Origin: the human T2T-CHM13v2.0 reference genome, Homo sapiens
Assembly (NCBI RefSeq): GCF_009914755.1
Contig: NC_060935.1
Reading direction: 5' to 3' (one strand)
DNA length: 64,000 nucleotides
The translations under genes and the position numbers were made by a program. Each line of letters opens with the position of its first letter. Position 1 is the stretch's first letter. Below, piece by piece: positions 1 to 12,018 of the stretch. The notes beneath the pieces were generated by a model. It was not told the origin of the DNA and searched no databases. It worked only from the letters and a program-made list of their open reading frames with translations.

Positions 1-815
1 CGGGGGAGCCCAGGAGAGGGAGGGTTCTCCCTGCTTAGGGAAGTCAGGAAAGGCTTCTCACCAGGAGAGGGGCTGAGGCTTCACCTGATCTGGAGAAATG
101 AGGAACTGGTGGGCAAGGAAGGGCAGTGCCTTCCTGGCAGAGGTAACAGAGCCTGTGAGGTCCCCGAAATGAGAGGCACTGTGGTTCATTCAGGGAACAT
201 CAAATTCAGTGAGTGGAGCAGAAGACTGTGTTAGATACCAAACTCCTGGCCCATGGGTTTTGAGATTTGGTAGTCATACCACCTTCCCTCCAATCTTATT
301 CCTTGGGTTTTGGCTGAAGGTCTATGTGACCTCCCCACTTCCCATGGGAACCAGAGGCAGTGGGGCAGGGAGAGGTGGCCCTGGGGCTGGCAGGGTGGGG
401 AAATCCAGCTGGGGATCCCCAAGGCACTCAGGATTCTCGCAGCCCGTACAACCTACCCAGAAGGAAATTTACCCAGAGTGGGCTCAAACGGGTTTCATCA
501 GCGATCTCCTTCCAGGGTGGCTGAGTAGGGTTGTTCAGGTTGCACACTGTACGAGGGGCCTCTCTAAGGGTACCATTTGCATGGAAGGTATATATTTGTT
601 TATTCTTTTCATATTTTGATCTCAATCCTGTTGACTCCAAGGAGGAATCACTGGTGTGTTTGTTATGAAAAATGTCTGATAGCAGTGGAGTGCCTTAATC
701 TTACAAAATGAGTATACTGCGTCACTGGTGTGACAGATGGACGGATGCATTGGCCAGTGGCCGCCCCATCCCCTGCCTGCCCTCTGGGCTCACAAGGCTG
801 TTCCTCTCCCTGCAG

Positions 816-890
816 TTCTTCCTGTTCATCCTGATCATCTTCCTGGCAGAGCTCTCAGCAGCCATCCTGGCCTTCATCTTCAGGGAAAAT
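816..890 (+). CDS. TSPAN18: Tetraspanin-18 internal coding exon (TM3, FFLFILIIFLAELSAAILAFIFREN); upstream exons lie outside the window
   Basis: Acceptor ttcctctccctgcag| and donor |gtacgt; 75 nt, phase 0; translation matches the recalled TSPAN18 protein. Confidence 0.96.
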
Positions 891-2057
891 GTACGTATCA
901 GGCCCCAAGCTTTCCTGCCTCCTGCTATCAGCAAGGGGTTGGTGGCCATTCAGGTCTGGCTCCTCCCCTCCTTGAAGGGTCTCAGAGAGTGGGCAGCCTC
1001 TCATCTGGCACTTCCAGCCCAAGTCATGGCCCCACCCGCCTGGCAAGGCCCCGCAGACCAGGGAGAGACCCCAGTAAGCCTGTTCCTGCAAGGGCTTTTC
1101 TCTGCTCCCAAAGCATCTGGTACAACCCCATACCTTATTCTGGAAACATCCCTTCCAAACCTTGCCTAGTAACGGCCCAGTGATAGTGAGACAGTCAGAA
1201 TAGTCGGAGAGGCTGGAATGTAGGAGCACAGGGCAGACTGCTCTCGGAGGAGGCCCTGGCTGGTATCCTCCTGGGTACCTTGGCCCCACAAGCCACCAAG
1301 TTCCAGAGGCCACAGGCAGCTGGAGTGCCAGCTGCCTCCCCTGAGTTGACCAGAGCCAGGCACCATAGCCAAAGGGAGACTGGGGCGGGGGGTTGGAGAA
1401 AGATGGGAGGGGAGGAGGGGCAATGGGGCAGGAGACACAAAATGGCCCTGGGGTAGAGGAGGCGGGCGGGGAGGGTAGCCAGCACGGAGCAGAGGAGGAG
1501 GCCACCACAGCCTGTGAGCAGACAATGGTGCCCAGATGGTCTCCTCTGCTGGGCACCACCCAGGGCCCTAGCCTTTGACTGCAGCAGGAGGGAAGGAGAA
1601 TATTTTGGGAGTAGGAGAAACTGTGGAGGACTCCTCTGGAAACTGATGTACAAAGACTTCCTGCCCGGTCCTGTAGCTTCTTCAGGCCCTGGGACCCAGG
1701 GCATCTGCTTGGCTCTGTCTGGGGAACAGCTCAGGTGGAAGGGGTGGGGTGAGGTGCAAACTCCCCACCCAGATAAGCCCTCCCTCTGGGCAGAGCTGCA
1801 GGTGGAGTGAGGTCCTCAGCGTGCCCTGACCTCGGCTCCACCGAGATGTGCATGTGTATGGACTTCCTTTCTCCACTGGGGATAAGAAGACTGCCCCAAG
1901 TTGGTGGTTTAGGAGAATCCCAGGGGACCTGGCACCAGGATGCAGAGCCCCTAGCTCTCATTCCCCCAACTCCCAAGCAGGTGGATGGAGAGACGATGGA
2001 GGGTGGGGGCTGCACCCAACTGCCAGGCCTAAGCCCATCTTCTCCCTCTGCCCCCAG

Positions 2058-2156
2058 CTCACCCGAGAATTCTTCACCAAGGAGCTCACCAAGCACTACC
2101 AGGGCAATAACGACACAGACATCTTCTCTGCCACCTGGAACTCGGTCATGATCACA
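2058..2156 (+). CDS. TSPAN18: Tetraspanin-18 exon (start of EC2, [33 protein letters not shown])
   Basis: ctctgcccccag| ... |gtgagt; 99 nt in frame; contains N-glycosylation sequon NDT. Confidence 0.97.
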
Positions 2157-2660
2157 GTGAGTGACGCCCCAGAGATGCTATGAACATTCAGAGCCACGAT
2201 GCCCAGTGTTCACATGCCCACGCCAGGCATCAGTAATCAATCCAGGCACTCTCCCATTGATCACAGACCTGGCCTTGGAATCACCATCCACGCAGCATTC
2301 CAGGCAGCCATGCCACTTGATCACAGTCCCTACTCGGGATGAAACCTGTTTGCTCTCCCTGTCTTGGGTCCCCAAGCAATGGTCATTATGATGATGATAA
2401 TAACCACAGCAACTGTTTATGGATGGCTAAGCGCCTGGTGAGGTAGGAATTGTTACTGCCACCTCTGTTATAGAGATGAGGACACTGAAGGCCCAGAGAA
2501 GCTGAGTGGCTTTCCCATGGTCACACAGTGGTGACAGGTGGAGCCCGCCCACACCCAGTCTTCTGATGCCACTCCTTTGCAGAGGCTGTATGTCCTTCTC
2601 TGTCCCCGCCCCTGTGTCCTCCTCCTGCCCACCAGAACCTTCTCTGGGATCTCCCCCTAG

Positions 2661-2843
2661 TTTGGTTGCTGCGGGGTCAACGGGCCTGAAGACTTTAAGT
2701 TTGCATCTGTGTTTCGACTCCTGACCCTGGATAGTGAAGAGGTGCCGGAGGCCTGCTGCCGGAGGGAACCCCAAAGTCGGGACGGGGTCCTGCTGAGCCG
2801 GGAGGAGTGCCTCCTGGGAAGGAGCCTATTCCTAAACAAGCAG
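2661..2843 (+). CDS. TSPAN18: Tetraspanin-18 exon (EC2 with CCG and PxxCC motifs, FGCCGVNG...VPEACC...LFLNKQ)
   Basis: ctccccctag| ... CAG|gtactg; 183 nt; tetraspanin signature cysteines. Confidence 0.98.
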
Positions 2844-4195
2844 GTACTGGCCCTGCTCTCCAGACAGGGGAGTGGGTCTATCGGGATTTGGGTGGCCAGA
2901 GCTGGGTGGGAGGCGCTATCACCCCAGAGGGTCTGAAGCTACCCCAGGAATCCCAGGGAAGTGTTGGCCATGATATGGGATGCCTGCACCTGAGCAGGGG
3001 CTGATGGAGGCTCTCTGTCCAAGCCCCTGAGATCCAACCAAAATGGGGAAGGATGACAGTGGCAGATGGTCTGCCGCTGGAGTGGGCATTCAGGCTGGGG
3101 CTAAGGGGTGAGTAGGAGTTTCCCGATGTTTCCTGAGTTTCTGATAATGCAGGTCCAAAGGGAGGGAGGGGGACAGAACCAGAATTGCACAGTGGGGGGC
3201 CCTTCTTAGCCATGCACTGTATTTTGGAGGAAGCTCTTATTTGCCATGTGGGGCACCCTAAGGGAGCAAGGTCTCCTTGACCTGACTCTCCAAGGTCAGA
3301 GAAGCTCCTAGACTTCAGGTTCTCTTGCAACCTGAGGACTTCCTCGCAGCCTTGGAAGAAACCCTTTCCCTTCCTGCACGTGCCATTTCTAGGGAAGACA
3401 AGCGCCTGGCTTTGTGTGCCTCCTGCCCACACACCCTTATGAGTTCACAATGCCCTTGCTCTTAATCCCCTTCTTCCCACTGACCAGCCCCCACTCTGCC
3501 AGTGTGGGTGTGTGACCAGGCTAGGCAGGAGGAGAGGGAGGGAGAGGACGAGGGTGATCTAAGCCTGGGCCCCAGCCCCCTTGCTTGAGTAGGACTTTAA
3601 CGAGGGTCTCATGGAGAGTTCCAGATGCAAGAGACACAGCAGGGGACAGGAGACAAGGCCCCTGTTCCTGCGAGGCTCACGATCTCATTAGAGGACGCGC
3701 AAGATGAACAAGCAGCAAACTAATGAGAAGTAATCATTTCACATGGTCATGATTGCTGCGAAGAAATAAAACCAGATGAGGGGCTAGAATGGGCCTTGGG
3801 TGGGGGCTCAAGGCAGAACTTGCAAAGTCCCAGAGGAGGTGACAGTGAGCAGAGGCCTGGGTCCTGGGGCTCTGGCGGGCCCTTTCCAGCCTCAGCTCTG
3901 CCCCAGGAACTCAGCCCCTCTGGCCCTGGCACATCCCCATGGATTCCTGAGGCCCTGAGGGCCACGTTCTCTCTGTCCCTCATCACCCTGCCTTCCTGCA
4001 TTGGGGGAAAGAGGCTCAATAGAGAAATGAGGGCCCTGAGTTGAGGCCACTGTGGACGTGGGGCAGAGAGACCTGCCGTGGGGAGCAGCTGCAGGGCGGG
4101 GAGGGGAGTTTCAGGCTTCCATGGCAGGCAGGGGTGGGCTGTTAACTGCTGTGTTGCCTTCGCCAAGACACCCTCTCTGGACCTCAGATTCCATA

Positions 4196-4620
4196 TGTTG
4201 GCAGAGGCTGCTGGCTGCCCCCCACGATCCATTCACCCCTACTCTCTTGGGAAGGGAATGGTTATCACACCCCATGACCACCAGCTAGAGGCTGCACTGC
4301 CCAGCCTGCCTTGCAGCTAGACCATGTAACCGAGTTCTGGCTAACGGGAGGTGAGCAGAGGTGATTTGTGCAACTTGAGTCACATCCTTAAGAGAAAGTG
4401 CTGTGCCCACCCCTCCTTTTTTCTCTGGCTAGGACTTGGCAGAGGGAGGTGGCCCCTAGGATGGCAGAGCATCCAGAGAGAAGGAGCCTGGGCCACGTAC
4501 AGTTCCATGGCATACAGCGGCCACCATAGCGTGGGGTTTATGTGAAAGACCAGTGAATTTGTAACTTGGTGAAGGAGCTGTTGTTTGAGATGCCCGTTGC
4601 CAACAGCCAAACTTAGAACC
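4196..4620 (+). mobile_element. ERVL-MaLR solo LTR (MLT1J-like)
   Basis: tgttggcagaggctgctgg start; cccagcctgccttgcagctag...catgtaaccgagttctggc resembles the recalled MLT1 consensus. Confidence 0.55.
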
Positions 4621-4872
4621 TTTTAATGCTACTTGTAAGTTTTCAGGAGGCTTCCCATGGGCCGCATTCCCCGCATCAGATGTGCTTCCCATTTCTGGAC
4701 TCATCCTCCGTTAGGATGTCTCCTTTCCTCTCCTGGGCATGTCTTCAACATCAGAGCTCATCAGAGAGGTCCCTGCACAGCCACATTCATTCTTTCCAGT
4801 GACTCTGTTGTTCCTGAGGGTCTGAGACTGGCTCCTGGGGTTTCTTTGCTGAGACATTCATGTCCCTCCTAG

Positions 4873-5259
<387 letters not shown>

Positions 5260-5668
5260 CTAGGATACATTTCTGACTTTGCTGGCAGGCCCATGGCAAG
5301 GATCTGGGAAGAGTTGAGTTCACTGTGGGGGTTGGGGTGGGGGTGAGGTGTGCAGGGATGCATGGCGTGGCCACAGGGACATCCTAGTTGCTCTGTGGCC
5401 CCCTGGTCCACATTGGTGGTGGACCTGGGTAGACAGGGGGCTTTTATACTGGTGCCAGTGAGAAAGGACAGCAGGTAAGACCAGGGTGATGGCGGTAAAG
5501 ACAGAGAGGTGTGTGGATCTGAGAAATGTTCAGGAGGCAAAATCTACCAGCCTTCGTGATGGGTCCTCATTGGAGGAGGGGCAGGAGGAGGTGCTGAGTG
5601 ACTGGCTTCTGGTTTGGGGACGATCTTGCATTCAGTCTGGGGCATGTTGCGTCTAAGAAACCTTTGGA

Positions 5669-5964
5669 GGCCAGGCACGTTGGCTCACGCCTGTAATCCC
5701 AACACTTTGGGAGGCCGAGGCGGGCGGATCACCTGATGTCAGGAGTTCGAGACCAGCCCAGCCAACACGGAGAAACCCCGTCTCTACTAAAAATACAAAA
5801 ATTAGCCTGGCGTGGTGGCATGTGCCTATAATCCCAGCTACTTGGGAGGCTGAGGCAGGAGAATCACTTGAACCCGGGAGGCGGAGGTTGCGGTGAGCTG
5901 AGGTCATGCCACTGTGCTTCAGCCTGGGCAGCACAGTGAGACTCCATCTCAAAAAAAAGAAAAA
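5669..5964 (+). mobile_element. Alu (AluSp-like), full length
   Basis: ggccaggcacg start, A-tail, TSD aagaaacctttgga/aagaagcctttgga. Confidence 0.95.
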
Positions 5965-6938
5965 AAGAAGCCTTTGGAACAGCTGAGCAGAGGTGTCCAG
6001 TGGGCAGCTGGGTGTATGGGGTGGAGCTGGAGGGGTCGGTGCTGGAGATGTACGTGTGGGAAGCATTGCGTGTGGGTGACCCATTGTGGTGGCAACCAGG
6101 CCTGGCTGCCCCTCATCAGATTAGGTGGGTGGTGACTGTGGGTGGCAGCAGGGGGTGGGGGATGTGCCCACCCAGCAGAGAGGGAGGATGGCACTGGCAA
6201 CAGCCCACATGGTTAGAAGACTCATAGTCTGTGGTGGCAGGCTGGGGAGAGGCTCCCCGCCATGTGTCTCACCGGGTGGTGACAGGGGAAACCGTCACGG
6301 GGTGGAGATGGTGGGTGGTGGTGAAGCAATCTCCAGGTGTGTAGATGTAAGCTCTGGGCTACAGCCAGGGCCTGGCCCATAGGAGGGAGAACCCAGCCGC
6401 TCATGCCAGCCCCCTTTCCCTTAAGCACAGAGGAAAGACCGGGAATTTGGAATCCTCAGTGTAAATCCTGGCTTCCCTTCCTCGTGTGTGATCTTAAACA
6501 AGTTAGCCACTGCTCCTCCCTCCCTTTTCTTGTGGGTAAAATGCAGGTAAGACCCCTCCTCCCCGAGGGCTGTAATGAGATCAAGTGAGAAAGAGCCCAC
6601 GAGGCCCTAGCAAAGTTATCAAGAGAGCAGACACTCATTCAGAGTGGGTGGTGGCATCCTGTCCATGCCCCAACCTCCCCAGGGGTGTCTCTGTTCCTGG
6701 GAAGCTTCCATTGGGCAACCTGGGCTGCTTGGTTGAGTCCAGGGGCCTGAAGGGTCTTTGGTGCCAAAGCCTGATAGGGGAAGATGAGCTGTCAAGGCCC
6801 AGGTGCCACACAGCAGGGCTCAGCTTCCCTCTGCTGGACAAGGTCCCCGGCTTCTTGCCAGTTTCCCCGGGTGAGGCATGTCAAAGTCAATTTCATGCTC
6901 TGGAAGAGATGTGCTGCTTCTCCTGTCCCCTTCTGGGG

Positions 6939-6939
<1 letters not shown>

Positions 6940-6971
<32 letters not shown>
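6940..6971 (+). repeat. (TG)16 microsatellite
   Basis: Direct read. Confidence 0.97.
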
Positions 6972-6972
<1 letters not shown>

Positions 6973-7590
6973 TTATATTGCAGTGACACCCAACTCTATG
7001 CTCAGACACTTTCCACCACTCAGGATATGCTAAGAGAGCGGCACAGAGAGACGGACGGTAATCCTTGGTAATCCTAACAGGCATTGAGATTGAGAGCTTG
7101 CTACTTGCCAACACTCTTCCTAGTGCCTTACCTTCAGTATCTCATTTTATCCTCACAGCAATCCCATGAGGTAATCTACATGGCCCCATTGTACAGATGG
7201 GGCAACTGAGGCATAGGGAGAGGAAGTAAATAGCCCAAGGTCGCACAGCAAGCCAGTGGCAGCGCTGGCTGGGACCCTAGGCAACCAGGCCCTAAGGACC
7301 ATTGCCAGATACCACTCTCCTGGGCCATTGCTGTTCCCTGTCCGGGAAACCCCTCAAAGAGTTCACAAACCCAGTGTGTGTGTTGGGGCTGCAGGAGGTG
7401 GGATTATGTCCCTGTGGCTGGCAGGCACGTGGAACACTGAGGGGATGATGGGAGGGCCGAGGCATCCCCTGCCAGGGCTGATCCCAAAACTATACAACTC
7501 ACCTCTCTTTCCTTGCTCGCAGAGCAGGTTAGTTTTTCTGCTGTTATAGTTCTGCATTTTAGGGTTCTAATGCTTCAAAATCGCTTCACA

Positions 7591-7742
7591 TGGGAGGGGG
7601 GAGGGATAGCATTAGGAGATATACCTAATGTAAATGACGAGTTAATGGGTGCAGCACACCAACATGGCACATGGATACATATGTAACAAACCTGCACGTT
7701 GTGCACATGTACCCTAGAACTTAAAGTATAATTTTTAAAAAA
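7591..7742 (+). mobile_element. 5'-truncated L1PA (L1PA3-5-like) 3' end
   Basis: ggagggatagcattaggagatatacctaatgtaaatgacgag...ccctagaacttaaagtataat; TSD tcgcttcaca/tcgcttaaca. Confidence 0.93.
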
Positions 7743-8029
7743 CTCGCTTAACAAAGGATTTGGGGCTCCAACATGGGTCTGCTGGCAGATCCAGGATGGA
7801 CCCTGGGCCTCACTGAATGGAGGGCCAGCCCTGAACGGACCCCCAGCCACACTGATGTCCTGGCCTGGCCTGGCCTGGGGTAGGAACCCCTGGGTTGCCC
7901 TTAGGGCTCCATCCCAGTCATACAGCCCTTAACTGGGCTCCCAGTGCCACAGCAGAGACAAGGCCTGAAGGTTCAATTAAGACCTTTTCTCCTTGTCATC
8001 TCTGGGCTTGAGGTCTTTCAAAGCCTGGC

Positions 8030-8192
8030 CACAGCCTGATCACTAGAAATTACCTTGGGTATCGTCCTATAATGCTGATACCTGGGCTCCACACCAGACC
8101 CACTGATCCAGTGTTGTGGGGCGAGGTCTTGGCATCTGCATTGCCAACCACTTCCCCGATTATTCCCATGCACACTCAGTCCTGAGAGTATC
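8030..8192. mobile_element. MER5-like hAT-Charlie remnant
   Basis: ctgggctccacaccagacccactgatcca...ggcatctgcatt...tgcacactcagtcctgaga pattern. Confidence 0.5.
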
Positions 8193-8984
8193 ATGGACCC
8201 AGATCGTCGTGCCGGTGGGGTCTGTTTCTATCTGGGTATGTCCTGTTTGCTCCATGGGGCTCCAGGGAGGGCTTCTGGGGGACTTCCCTGCCCAGCTCCT
8301 GGTCAGCCTCCAGGCAGGTACTAGGACACCACCTGGCCACTAGTCCCAGATCAGGCCCTGCTGTCCACCTGCCTGGGTGCAGCCTCAGTCCTACTTTTGG
8401 CCAAAGGGGCTGGGCTTCTGCACGATGGACAAGAGAAGTGAGCATGTCAGCACCCAAGAATCCCCGGTCTCAACAGAGCCCAGAAATAGCAACCGTCACC
8501 CAAAAAGGGCTGGGCATGATCTCTCCACCCCCATCTGGGGATTTGTTCCCTTGCAGGTTCTCAGCCTGGGCCCAAAGAATATGCAGGCTCCTATAAAGGA
8601 AGGAAAGTTCTCCCACTTTGAAAATACGTGTCATTCAAAGCAAGTACCATGCATCAGTCTCTGTGGTCAGCATGGGGGAGGGGAGAGTTATGAACATGAA
8701 AATGACAGAGGTGTGAGGTGCTTGGGGTCAGAGGGGGCAGCAGCCATGGACTGGCAGCTCCTGGCTTGGCACTAGCTTGCTTTTTCCTATCTCTATCTAT
8801 CTATCTCGATCTCGATCTCGATCTCTGTCTCTGTCTCAGTTTATGTATCTCTAGGATTGCTTAAGAAAGCAGTAAGATCATGGGAATTAAGTCCAGGGCC
8901 TGTGGACTGGGCTGGTTCAGAAAGCTGCCCGAAGGAGGTGGCATGCGAGCAGGGATTTGAAGGCTGGGCTGTGTTTCCTTGGGG

Positions 8985-9290
8985 AAGTGGCCGAAAACCA
9001 AAACACCTTCTGCAGCCAGGCAGGTCACGAGGAACAGTAGAGCGAGTGGGTGTGAAACAATAGGGAATTGTGCGGGGGAGAGGGGTGGAGTGCTGTGGAT
9101 CCCCAGGGACCACCTGTTGGCACCCGAAGGCAGCAGCTGCTGATGTGAAAAGGAATAGCTCCCCTTGCTGGTTCTTCTGATTTCTCCAGAGCAGCAGGAA
9201 GTCCAAATATTTATGGGAAATTTCCCAATATTCCAATCACTGTAGTTGCAACATTAGACATGGCCTGCACGCTGTCAGTTCTCTGTCCCA
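8985..9290. mobile_element. MER102-like hAT-Charlie remnant
   Basis: gccaggcaggtcacg and ttctgatttctccagagcagcaggaagtccaaatatttatgggaaatttccc resemble the recalled MER102 consensus. Confidence 0.4.
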
Positions 9291-9513
9291 CCTTAGGGGC
9301 CGGGTGGCAAAGAGGGTCTTTGGTGCAATGCTGCCAAGTCGCTGTTTCTGGGTCTCCTGCCCTGCACCCCCTCCCCACTGTCCTGTCTCAGCAGCCGTGT
9401 GATAGGGTGAGAGCTCTGGGGACACCTGCCATGAACCCTAGTCCACATGCTGGACTCTGACTCCAGGACTCTCAACCCTGGCCATAGCTTGACCTCTCAT
9501 CCCTCCCTCCCAG

Positions 9514-9597
9514 GGCTGTTACACGGTGATCCTCAACACCTTCGAGACCTACGTCTACTTGGCCGGAGCCCTTGCCATCGGGGTACTGGCCATCGAG
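9514..9597 (+). CDS. TSPAN18: Tetraspanin-18 exon ([28 protein letters not shown]; end of EC2, start of TM4)
   Basis: ccctccctcccag| ... GAG|gtaagt; 84 nt; tetraspanin GC motif. Confidence 0.97.
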
Positions 9598-10104
9598 GTA
9601 AGTAAAGGCCCCCACTTCTGCCGCTCCCCAGGATGAAGCCTCACGTGGAGCCTAGGCAGATCCCCCCAGCCTCCTTTCCTCTTCATTTCCTTCACCTGGG
9701 ACCCAAGGGGCCCCCACTGTGGGTGCTATGGGGTGGTAAGCCCGGCTGTGTCTGTGCTGCCTGAGAGTCATTCTTGAACTCTGGAGATGAAACATGGGAG
9801 CCAGTGTCCCAGAAATGGGGATGGGCAGGCCCTGAGTGTCATCCCCACTCCCTCTCACTCTTCCATCCTCATCCCCACCTCCGCCCCAGCTCCATGGTCC
9901 AGAGAGATTTCACGCTTGCAGAGGCATCAGCACGGCTGCCTTGAAGGACAGGCTGCAGCCCGTGGTTTGAGATCAGGCCTTTTCTCTGTGGGGTGTTCAG
10001 GGCCTACAGGGCCTTATTCATCCACAACGGTGGCCTTAGCCTCCTTTATCTGAGGGCCCCAGAGTCCCCTTGAAAGGTAAGCTCCTGCAGACCGTTTGCA
10101 ATCA

Positions 10105-10118
10105 CCACTAGGTGGCGC
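10105..10118 (+). promoter_or_regulatory. CTCF motif
   Basis: CCACTAGGTGGCGC, exact match to CCASYAGRKGGCRS. Confidence 0.75.
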
Positions 10119-11181
10119 CTCAGCCAAAGGGAGGAGCGGCCGCCTCCCGTTTCTGTCCTCTGGGATCTCCATCATCTGGGATCTCCGACTTGCTGCTCCT
10201 GGGGGCTGGACAGAGCGTTGCCCACATCTGACCAAACCCAGGAAGGGGCACTCTGGGGCCTCAGTCAGTCCTCGGCCTGCGGGGGAAGGAAGTCAGGCAG
10301 CCCAATCCTCAGCTTCCCCCTCCAGCAGCCTGGGCACCTGGCACCATGAACTTCGCCTTGCCTGGTTTCCCACTGTGCCTGCAGCGCCACGGAGTGCAGT
10401 TTCGTGGAGGCTACTGCAGATGGCGGAGAGGGAGGGGTCATTGATTATTCATTCATGTATTCAACAAGCACACACTGAGCCCTATTCTTCGCCAGCACTG
10501 TTATAGTTGAACAAGTCCCCTCATGGCGGGCAACAATGAACAAGATAAATCCGCAGCAAGCCCAGGGAAATCTCAGGGACGTGTCCCATGAAGGAATAGC
10601 ATGGGCCCTAGAGTCCGGCTCCCAGCTCTGCCTCTCTCCAAATGCAGGATGTCTAAGTCACAGTTTCTTCATCTGCAAAATGGGCTGATCACCCTGCTCC
10701 CAGGGCACAGAGGGATTACAGATGACGGGGACAGCATGCTACTGGGGCTCAGGAAGCAGCATTCATATACTTGATCTGCTGCCTCACTCCCAGCCCAGCC
10801 CATGAGCCTGGCTGGCCAGCCCCATGGGAGGCAGAATCCTGCTCAAGACGGAGACCTTTACATGGCCCCGTCCCGGTAGCCCCTCCCCACCCCAGTGAGC
10901 CTCCTGGTGATTTGGCCATGACCTGTGGTCTAGGGACTGTTCCCTCAGCTACTTGCAATGAGCTCTGGCCGTGAGAACATCAGCAAATCTGGTCAGAGTC
11001 CCTGAGCTAGGGTCTCCCTGCCCCACCACCCCAGGCCCTCAGACAGGTGTTCAGGGATGGAGCTCATAACTCCGGGAAGGGCTGCAGCTGCCTGCCTATT
11101 CATAGCAGTCCTGGTAACCTTTTACTGAGCAACTTCTAGATAAGAGGCACATTACATCATTAGGTAATTGCATTACACTTA

Positions 11182-11850
<669 letters not shown>

Positions 11851-11970
11851 TTAGGGGAGGAGTGTGCTAAGAGTGACAGGCATTCACTCCCCTTCCCCTG
11901 GAGTGGGCCAGGCAGCCCACAAAGGGCCCAGCCTGATAAGCCAGTTCCTGCTCTTTTTCTTTTTTTGCAG

Positions 11971-12018
11971 CTTTTCGCCATGATCTTTGCCGTGTGCCTC
12001 TTCCGGGGCATCCAGTAG
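11971..12018 (+). CDS. TSPAN18: Tetraspanin-18 last coding exon (LFAMIFAVCLFRGIQ*)
   Basis: Strong polypyrimidine acceptor ctttttctttttttgcag|; TAG stop at 12016-12018. Confidence 0.96.
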   Translation, partial: LFAMIFAVCLFRGIQ

